The notes under the pieces: model-generated
Databases searched by the model: none
Told to the model about the DNA's origin: nothing
Seen by the model: the letters and a program-made list of their open reading frames with translations, nothing else
Translations under genes and position numbers: made by a program
Assembly: GCA_902569095.1 (NCBI GenBank)
Contig: CACFSX010000003.1
Span: forward strand, 9,533-73,532
Source of the DNA: an uncultured Alphaproteobacteria bacterium
GTDB taxonomy: Bacteria; Pseudomonadota; Alphaproteobacteria; Methylaequorales; Methylaequoraceae
Length of the DNA: 64,000 nt
Reading direction: 5' to 3'
Shown: positions 21,583-28,096 of the stretch, piece after piece
How the letters are laid out: each line of letters starts with the position of its first letter
Position numbering within the stretch: the stretch's first letter is position 1

Positions 21583-21969
21583 ATGAATATGAAAATAATT
21601 TTAATTTTGCCAATTCTGGAATTAATATTATTTATCTTATTTGGTGACCTTTTAGGTTTTTTTCCAGTTATTTCTCTAATAATTATTTCAGGCTTAATAG
21701 GATTCTACTTTTTAAGATCTGGGATGAACCCTAAAAATATAGCCGAAAATCCAAAAGAATGGATTTTTACTAAATTTGCTGGAATCCTTTTGTTAATCCC
21801 TGGTTTCGCCACCGACTGTTTTGGCGTTTTTTTACTAGTTAAGTCTCTAAGGTACCTAATTTGGGATTATGTTCCAGAAAAAACAAAAAATTATTTTTAT
21901 GATGATGAAATAAAATCAAAAGATAAAGATATTATTGAGGTTGATTACAAGGATTTAGATGACAAATAA
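21583..21969 (+). CDS. fxsA: FxsA family membrane protein
   Basis: LPILELILFI, AGILLLIPGFATD, C-terminal IIEVDY. Confidence 0.85.
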   Translation: MNMKIILILPILELILFILFGDLLGFFPVISLIIISGLIGFYFLRSGMNPKNIAENPKEWIFTKFAGILLLIPGFATDCFGVFLLVKSLRYLIWDYVPEKTKNYFYDDEIKSKDKDIIEVDYKDLDDK

Positions 21970-22240
21970 TTTCTTAAATTACAGTATAAGAATATTTGGA
22001 AGAGTTCAAGGCGTAGGATTTCGAGTATGGACAAAGAAAACTGCTGAAATTTTTTTTTTAACGGGTTGGGTTAAAAATTGTGATGACAAAAGTGTTGAAT
22101 GCGAAGTAAGTGGAAAAAAAGAAAATATTGATTTTTTTTTAAATGCTTGCAGGACAGGTCCTACATTTGCAAAAGTAGAGAATATTCAGTTAAAAAGGGA
22201 ATGTTTCAAAGAATTCAAAAGTTTTAGTATTTTTTATTAA
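21959..22240 (+). CDS. acyP: Acylphosphatase
   Basis: GRVQGVGFR, GWVKN, GPTFAKV. Confidence 0.93.
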   Translation: MTNNFLNYSIRIFGRVQGVGFRVWTKKTAEIFFLTGWVKNCDDKSVECEVSGKKENIDFFLNACRTGPTFAKVENIQLKRECFKEFKSFSIFY

Positions 22241-22818
22241 TGAAACTCTATTTTTTACGACATACTTCTTTAAATGTAGAAATAGACACATTCTATGGTC
22301 AAACAGATCTCGATGTTTCAGATAAGTTTGAAGAAGAGGTGAAATTAATTAAAAAGAAAATAAGGTATTTTGATATCGATATGAATTCCACAAAGGTTTA
22401 TTCTAGTCCATTAAAAAGGTGTATTAAATTAACTAACAAGTTAACGAAAAAGTACAAAATTGATGATAGGATTAAGGAGATGAACTTGGGTAATTGGGAA
22501 ATGAAAAAAATGAGTTCTATTCCAGAAAAGGAGAAATTGGATTGGGAAAATAATCTTTTATCTTATAAAATTCCCAATGGAGAGAGTAACAATGAGTTTT
22601 TAAATAGACTTAAGTGCTTTCTTGAAGACATTTTAGAACTTAATGATGATGCACTAATTGTTTGCCATGCAGGTTCAATAAATGGAATGCTATCTTTATT
22701 AACTAATGAACCTTTTGATAAAATGGTTAAGAATTATTGGGAACTGATTAAGCATGGCTCACTGTCTTTGATTGAATTAAAAAATAAATTAATTATAAAA
22801 AAAGTAATAGGCAAATAA
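22240..22818 (+). CDS. Histidine phosphatase, CobC (alpha-ribazole phosphatase)-like
   Basis: LRHT...YGQTD, YSSPLKRC, EMNLGNWE, PNGES, VCHAG. Confidence 0.8.
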   Translation: MKLYFLRHTSLNVEIDTFYGQTDLDVSDKFEEEVKLIKKKIRYFDIDMNSTKVYSSPLKRCIKLTNKLTKKYKIDDRIKEMNLGNWEMKKMSSIPEKEKLDWENNLLSYKIPNGESNNEFLNRLKCFLEDILELNDDALIVCHAGSINGMLSLLTNEPFDKMVKNYWELIKHGSLSLIELKNKLIIKKVIGK

Positions 22819-22819
22819 T

Positions 22820-23557
22820 TTGTTTTCATTAAATTTTACGAATATTTTTAGTCATGGATTAAAAGTAGATAAAAAAAAAGTACAAAAAATTAAAGATATA
22901 AAAATTATAAGAACTTCAAGAAGATCGAAATCAATCTCCTTAAAAATAAGAAATGGAGAGCTAGAAATTTCTTGCCCATATAACACCTCTGAAACATTTC
23001 TAAAGAATTTGATTGAAAGAAAAAAAGTATGGATTAAAAATAATATTGAACGGTCTAGAGAGAATCACCTAAAAATTGATCAGATTTCAAATGGGTTCAT
23101 TACTTACAAAGGACTTGAACTAAAGCTTGTTTACAAGAAATCTAACATTGAAAGAATTTTTGTAGAAGATGATAAATTAAAAATATTTTATGCAGATGAA
23201 TCAAGAAGTAAGAAGTTAATTATTGAGTGGCTAAAATTACAAGCTAATAATTTTTTAAGGGCAAGATTGTTGTTTTTATCGAAACGTATCAGCATTCAAT
23301 TCAATTCAGTGACGATAAAATCATATACTGCTAGATGGGGGAGTTGTAATATTAGAGGAGATATTTTTTTAAATTGGAAATTAATAATGTTACCACAGAG
23401 TATAATCGATTATGTTCTGATTCATGAACTGGCTCATATAAATGTCCCAAACCACTCAAAGAAATTTTGGCAACTGGTAAAAAAAAAAGACCCTGACTAT
23501 TGTAAAAATCAAAAATGGCTGAAGGATAATGGATCATCTTTTATTTTGTTCAGATGA
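22820..23557 (+). CDS. YgjP/DUF45 family zinc metalloprotein
   Basis: RWGSC, LNWKL, DYVLIHELAH...NHSKKFW; start uncertain. Confidence 0.88.
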   Translation: MFSLNFTNIFSHGLKVDKKKVQKIKDIKIIRTSRRSKSISLKIRNGELEISCPYNTSETFLKNLIERKKVWIKNNIERSRENHLKIDQISNGFITYKGLELKLVYKKSNIERIFVEDDKLKIFYADESRSKKLIIEWLKLQANNFLRARLLFLSKRISIQFNSVTIKSYTARWGSCNIRGDIFLNWKLIMLPQSIIDYVLIHELAHINVPNHSKKFWQLVKKKDPDYCKNQKWLKDNGSSFILFR

Positions 23558-23764
23558 ATTTAGTTTTTCCTCGTTCTTAATTATTTGTAATGCTTTGGAT
23601 ATTTCCCTCTCGTTGACAGTTATTCTGATTGGTATCGCCGTTATATTTCCCTCTGTCATTGACATCTCTTCATCAAAAGTAAAGTATTCAATATTGTGAG
23701 CTTGCAAAATACTTTTTATCCAACTTATATAAATTCGGTCGTTACTTTTAATTAAAGTCTCCAT
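23534..23764 (-). CDS. DUF2007 family small protein
   Basis: METLIKSND...SILQAHNI...DEEMSMTEG...IPIRITV. Confidence 0.8.
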   Translation of the reverse strand: METLIKSNDRIYISWIKSILQAHNIEYFTFDEEMSMTEGNITAIPIRITVNEREISKALQIIKNEEKLNSSEQNKR

Positions 23765-23813
23765 GTTAAATAATTAATAAAATTAAAGGGTAGTTTCAAA
23801 TTAAAAAATAAGT

Positions 23814-23890
23814 TGGCGCGCCCGAAAGGATTCGAACCCTTAACCTTTTGAGCCGAAATCAAATGCTCTATCCAGTTGAGCTACGGGCGC
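23814..23890 (-). tRNA. tRNA-Arg (anticodon TCG)
   Basis: Reverse complement GCGCCCGTAGCTCAACTGGATAGAGCA TTTGA TT-TCG-GC TCAAA AGGTTAAGGGTTCGAATCCTTTCGGGCGCGCCA; full cloverleaf, CCA encoded. Confidence 0.95.
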
Positions 23891-23895
23891 ATAAA

Positions 23896-25203
23896 TCAAT
23901 TATCTAGACCGTGTGACAATTTAGAAAGTTTTCTACTAAATAAAATTACAGTGAATCCAACTGTAATGCACACAAATGTGATACCTATAAACACAAATTT
24001 TTCTCCAAATTTTTCAGAATACTGGCCAATTATTCCTGCTAATTTATTGCCTATCCCGATAGCAGCAAAATAAATACCCATGATTGACGAAACAAGTCTT
24101 TGTGGTGATAACTTAGTAATATAGGATAATATAACTGGAGACGCACATAATTCTCCAACTGTGTGAAACAAGTATGCTAATACTAGCCAATACATTGAAG
24201 ATTTCCCTAATACTTCAAACTCAAGAGCAGCAAAAAACATAAATATAAACCCTAATCCCATAATTATTAAACCAGCTGAAATTTTAAAAACAGAAGAAAT
24301 TATAAGTTTTTTTTTCTCAATAAAAAACCAAAACTGTGCTACTGAAAAACCAAGGAAAATTATCATTAAAGGATTGATTGATTGGAACCAACTTGCCGGC
24401 ACTTCAAAATTTATAAATCCAATAAATCTATCTGTTTTTTGATATGCAAAGATATTCATAAGTCCTCCAGCTTGCTCAAAAGAGGCCCAGAAGATAATAA
24501 GTATAAAACTGGCTAAAACAATTAATTTTATTCTGTCTAATTCAAATCTATTGATTTTTTTGTATTTAAATATCTTTTTTTGCTTTCTAACATTTTTAAA
24601 ATTTTTTCTCCCGAGGAAGAAAGTTACCTGCCCAATTATCATCCCTAAACCTGCCAACGAAAAACCATAATGCCAGCCATAAGTCTCGCCAACATATCCT
24701 ACAATTAAACTCGCGAGGAAAGCGCCAATATTGATTCCAATATAAAATAATGTGAAGCCTTGATCTCTTCTTATGTCCTTTTGTGTGTATAAAGATCCCA
24801 CGAGAGTTGAAATGCTTGGTTTTAAAAGACCAACACCAAGCACTATTAGTACTAAACCAGTATAGAAAAAATTTATGTTGTCGATTGCAAGTGATAGGTG
24901 ACCTAAACATAATAAAGCTCCTCCCCAGAAAACGGCCCTTTGACTTGTGATCAGTTTGTCAGCAATTATTCCTCCTGGAATACAGGCTAAATAAACAAAG
25001 GCTGTGTACCAGCCATATAGCTTGATGGCATCATAATTAGACCAACCTAATCCAGGGTTTGAAGAGTTTGTTTCAGAAACTAAATACAGAACGAGTATAG
25101 CGCGCATTCCGTAATAACTAAATCTTTCCCACAACTCTGTTAAAAAAAGAGTTGTTAATCCGCTTGGATGACTTGACAATATATTAGTTTTTAAATTTTC
25201 CAT
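23896..25203 (-). CDS. POT/PTR family proton-dependent oligopeptide transporter
   Basis: ELWERFSYYGMR (ExxERFxYY), FYIGINIG, FQSINP, GELCASP. ATG 25203 preferred over TTG 25248. Confidence 0.93.
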   Translation of the reverse strand: MENLKTNILSSHPSGLTTLFLTELWERFSYYGMRAILVLYLVSETNSSNPGLGWSNYDAIKLYGWYTAFVYLACIPGGIIADKLITSQRAVFWGGALLCLGHLSLAIDNINFFYTGLVLIVLGVGLLKPSISTLVGSLYTQKDIRRDQGFTLFYIGINIGAFLASLIVGYVGETYGWHYGFSLAGLGMIIGQVTFFLGRKNFKNVRKQKKIFKYKKINRFELDRIKLIVLASFILIIFWASFEQAGGLMNIFAYQKTDRFIGFINFEVPASWFQSINPLMIIFLGFSVAQFWFFIEKKKLIISSVFKISAGLIIMGLGFIFMFFAALEFEVLGKSSMYWLVLAYLFHTVGELCASPVILSYITKLSPQRLVSSIMGIYFAAIGIGNKLAGIIGQYSEKFGEKFVFIGITFVCITVGFTVILFSRKLSKLSHGLDN

Positions 25204-25240
25204 TTTTGTTTTGGCATGAACATTGCTTATTAATATCATA

Positions 25241-25256
25241 TCTGACAAGTGTCAGA
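25241..25256. promoter_or_regulatory. Palindromic putative operator upstream of POT transporter
   Basis: TCTGACA-AG-TGTCAGA, a perfect 7-bp inverted repeat about 40 bp upstream of the start codon. Confidence 0.5.
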
Positions 25257-25259
25257 AAT

Positions 25260-25326
25260 TTGAATTGTGGGAAGATCCAAAATATAATATTTCCTCCCTT
25301 AAAATAAAAAGATCTTCCCAATTCAA
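25260..25326. ncRNA. Candidate structured RNA (long hairpin with CCUCCC loop)
   Basis: TTGAATT(GT)GGGAAGATC pairs with GATCTTCCCAATTCAA; inner TATTT/AAATA stem closes loop CCTCCCTTA. Confidence 0.4.
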
Positions 25327-25333
25327 TTAAATT

Positions 25334-25552
25334 TCATTTATTAATACTCAAAATAAATTTTTTTAACTGCTCCACCTCGCCATCACAAACATCTTTGTAT
25401 GAGCAACTAAATTTTCGATTAATTAATAAACATATATGCGCATAAGGGTTTCTTCCATTTGGATGGTTTGGGTGCGGTTTTAGCTTATCTTTTAAATAAT
25501 CCCCATGCTTTTGGATGAATCTCCAAACAATTTTCTTATTAGCTTCATTCAT
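25334..25552 (-). CDS. Small hypothetical protein
   Basis: 72 aa with distinctive PHPNHPNGRNPYAHI; start abuts upstream stop (TGA-ATG). Confidence 0.7.
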   Translation of the reverse strand: MNEANKKIVWRFIQKHGDYLKDKLKPHPNHPNGRNPYAHICLLINRKFSCSYKDVCDGEVEQLKKFILSINK

Positions 25553-25804
25553 TCATCTTATCCCTTGATTTGTTCTTACTCTAGATTTCTTAATTGGTCT
25601 TTTGAAAAGCTTATTTTCGCTCTTCTTTTGAATAACTCTTTTTTTTATTACATACTTATTTCCAGGCTTAGGTGGAGGAAGTTTTTTAAACGTACCATCT
25701 TTTTTAATCAGTATGTAGTTTCCATTTTCGTCTCTAATGATTTCATCAGCAAATAAAGTATTTTGATAAAAAAACACAAAAAGAAAAATTAAAATATTTG
25801 TCAT
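25553..25804 (-). CDS. Small exported hypothetical protein
   Basis: Signal-like N-terminus, KLPPPKPG; ATGA overlap with upstream ORF. Confidence 0.65.
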   Translation of the reverse strand: MTNILIFLFVFFYQNTLFADEIIRDENGNYILIKKDGTFKKLPPPKPGNKYVIKKRVIQKKSENKLFKRPIKKSRVRTNQGIR

Positions 25805-25989
25805 TTATATAAATAGTATTTTTTATAAATTTTAGTATCAATTGAATTTTTTTTTGACATTAAAAGTACTTGTCGACGTAATTTCCATTTTTTTCTTATG
25901 AGCTTTAATTTAAAAGCACTTTCTCTTCTAATTTTAATATTTTTCCACCAAGAGCTAGATCCTACAGCTAAAATAATTTCTTTTTTCAT
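25801..25989 (-). CDS. Small basic hypothetical protein
   Basis: 62 aa; ATGA overlaps at both ends imply translational coupling. Confidence 0.55.
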   Translation of the reverse strand: MKKEIILAVGSSSWWKNIKIRRESAFKLKLIRKKWKLRRQVLLMSKKNSIDTKIYKKYYLYK

Positions 25990-26936
25990 AAATCAAGTCT
26001 ATGGTAAAATTTTGCATTTTCAATTTGTTTTAAAGTGTCACTGAAAGATGAGTTGCTTGCATTATATTCTTTCCCAATCACCCAATTTTTTAAATCCTCT
26101 GTAATTTGATCCCCATTCAAATCTCTGAGAATCATATGATAGTTTTCCTTATAAACTAAAATTTTTATTTTATCTAAAAAATTGTTTGTATTCCTTTCAT
26201 TCTTCAATAATTTGATTAATGGTTTTCTCGGAACCACTTCATCTTTCAATGGAATCATTATTAGTGTTTTATATGATGGATTTTTAAAATATTCTTCTGT
26301 ATCTTTGTATGCTTCATCCATAAGATCTACAACACCTTGAAGGCTTCGAAATGTTGGTTTATGAATAAATAAATCATCCATAGATAATTCTTTTAGCATT
26401 TTTAAATTGTCACTGGCTTGGACCTTTACTATCCCTTTACCACTGACCTTAAAGGAGGGAAGGATTTTTGCAAGAAATTTTAAAGGAATACTTTTCCAAA
26501 AGTTTGTTTCTGTAAAATTCCAAATAGCAGGAGCAATTAGTATTACACCGTCGATTGAAAGATTCCTAAACCGATTAACAAAACTTAAAGTGATTGCGCC
26601 ACCCATACTCTCTCCCAACAAAAAAATTTTCTTATCAGGATTTTCATTTTTTATTTTTTTTAAGTTAAAGTCTATGTCCTTGATGTGTTGTTCTAAATTA
26701 TACCATTCACCTTTATTTTTATTTTTACCAAAGCCATTGAGATCAAACGAAGTCAAAGCTATGTTATTTTTTGACAGGTATTCTCCAGGAATTTTAAAAG
26801 AATTAGAATAGTCATTATATCCATGAATAGCTAATATGACATTTGAAAATTCAGAATCTGGTTTTATATTCATGTATGAAAAAGAATTGGTTTCTATATC
26901 TTTGATCAATGTGGAAGTACATGATGATATTAACAA
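25986..26936 (-). CDS. Alpha/beta hydrolase (lysophospholipase-like), probable lipoprotein
   Basis: AIHGYNDYS, DLNGFG, GESMGG nucleophile, DEVVP, YHMILRD; true start probably upstream of the TTG. Confidence 0.88.
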   Translation of the reverse strand: MLISSCTSTLIKDIETNSFSYMNIKPDSEFSNVILAIHGYNDYSNSFKIPGEYLSKNNIALTSFDLNGFGKNKNKGEWYNLEQHIKDIDFNLKKIKNENPDKKIFLLGESMGGAITLSFVNRFRNLSIDGVILIAPAIWNFTETNFWKSIPLKFLAKILPSFKVSGKGIVKVQASDNLKMLKELSMDDLFIHKPTFRSLQGVVDLMDEAYKDTEEYFKNPSYKTLIMIPLKDEVVPRKPLIKLLKNERNTNNFLDKIKILVYKENYHMILRDLNGDQITEDLKNWVIGKEYNASNSSFSDTLKQIENAKFYHRLDL

Positions 26937-26953
26937 TATTATAGAAGCAATAA

Positions 26954-27868
26954 TTAATTTTTGAGTAATTTTATAAATATATCCTCTAAATCTGATTCCT
27001 TAGTTGTTATATCTTTTAAATCTATCTTACTGTTAATAAATACTTTAATCAATTCAGCAGTATTAATTTCGTTTTTATTAAACTTAAGAGTAGCTGATTG
27101 ATCGTCCTTCAAAATACAAAAGTCTTTAATTTTTTTGGGAAGGTTTTTTACTTTTTTTGAAAACTCGACTTTAACTTCTTTTTCTTCAAGAATTTTTAAC
27201 AAATTTGTTTTAGTGTCATTTGCTATAACTTTACCTTTATTAATAACTGCAATTTCGTCACACAACAATTCAGCCTCTTTAAGATAGTGTGTAGTCAAAA
27301 TAATAGTGGTACCTTTTTTGTTTAGTTCATTTATTGACTCCCACAATTTTGCTCGAAGTTCAACATCTACTCCAGCAGTCGGTTCGTCAAGAATTAGAAC
27401 TGGAGGGTTATGTACCATCGCTTTGGCTACCATCAGTCTTCTTTTCATTCCTCCCGATAAACTCCTAGCATATGCATCTGCTTTTTCTCCAAGTCCAAGA
27501 ATATTTAAAATTTCTTGATTCCTTATATTTTTTTTTTCTACAGCGTACATCCCAGCCTGTATGTTCATAATTTCCATTGGTGTGAAAAATGGATCTATCA
27601 TAATTTCTTGTGGAACAACACCTAAATTGCCTCTGACAGTTTTTGGATCAGTATCTAGATTTACCCCGCACACAAATACTTCTCCACTAGTTTTATTAAC
27701 TAAGCCAGCTAAAATATTTATAAAAGTACTTTTTCCAGCTCCATTTGGACCTAACAAACCAAAAATAGAGCCTTCATTGATTGATAAATCAATGTGATTG
27801 AGGGCGTATTTAGAACTAGTAAGATATTTTTTTGCTAATTTTTTAACACTAATTATTTTTCTTTTCAT
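26954..27868 (-). CDS. ABC transporter ATP-binding protein (YadG-like)
   Basis: GPNGAGKST, LSGGMKRR, ILDEPTAGVD, LTTHY. Confidence 0.93.
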   Translation of the reverse strand: MKRKIISVKKLAKKYLTSSKYALNHIDLSINEGSIFGLLGPNGAGKSTFINILAGLVNKTSGEVFVCGVNLDTDPKTVRGNLGVVPQEIMIDPFFTPMEIMNIQAGMYAVEKKNIRNQEILNILGLGEKADAYARSLSGGMKRRLMVAKAMVHNPPVLILDEPTAGVDVELRAKLWESINELNKKGTTIILTTHYLKEAELLCDEIAVINKGKVIANDTKTNLLKILEEKEVKVEFSKKVKNLPKKIKDFCILKDDQSATLKFNKNEINTAELIKVFINSKIDLKDITTKESDLEDIFIKLLKN

Positions 27869-27931
27869 GATTATAATATTATATATGTATTCGATGCTTT
27901 AAAAATATGATATTTTTTGAACTTTAGTGTT

Positions 27932-28096
27932 ATGGACTTAAATTTTCAAACAGAAATAAAATATATTAATAGCAATACAGTAAGCTGTAGTGGAGATGGG
28001 TCCAAAGAATCCCATCCGTTAATCTATATTGACCTGTCATCCGGAAACATTGCAACGTGTCCATATTGCAGTGCAAAATTTAAAAAGAAAATATGA
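27932..28096 (+). CDS. zf-CHCC zinc-finger protein (54 aa)
   Basis: Below ORF-track cutoff. MDLNFQTEIKYINSNTVSCSGDGSKESHPLIYIDLSSGNIATCPYCSAKFKKKI has C-H-CxxC ligands; ATGA overlap with polA. Confidence 0.9.
   Translation: MDLNFQTEIKYINSNTVSCSGDGSKESHPLIYIDLSSGNIATCPYCSAKFKKKI

Noticed and set aside
23765..23895. tRNA-Arg as a genomic-island integration site
   Set aside because: No integrase and no duplicated tRNA 3' end seen in the window.
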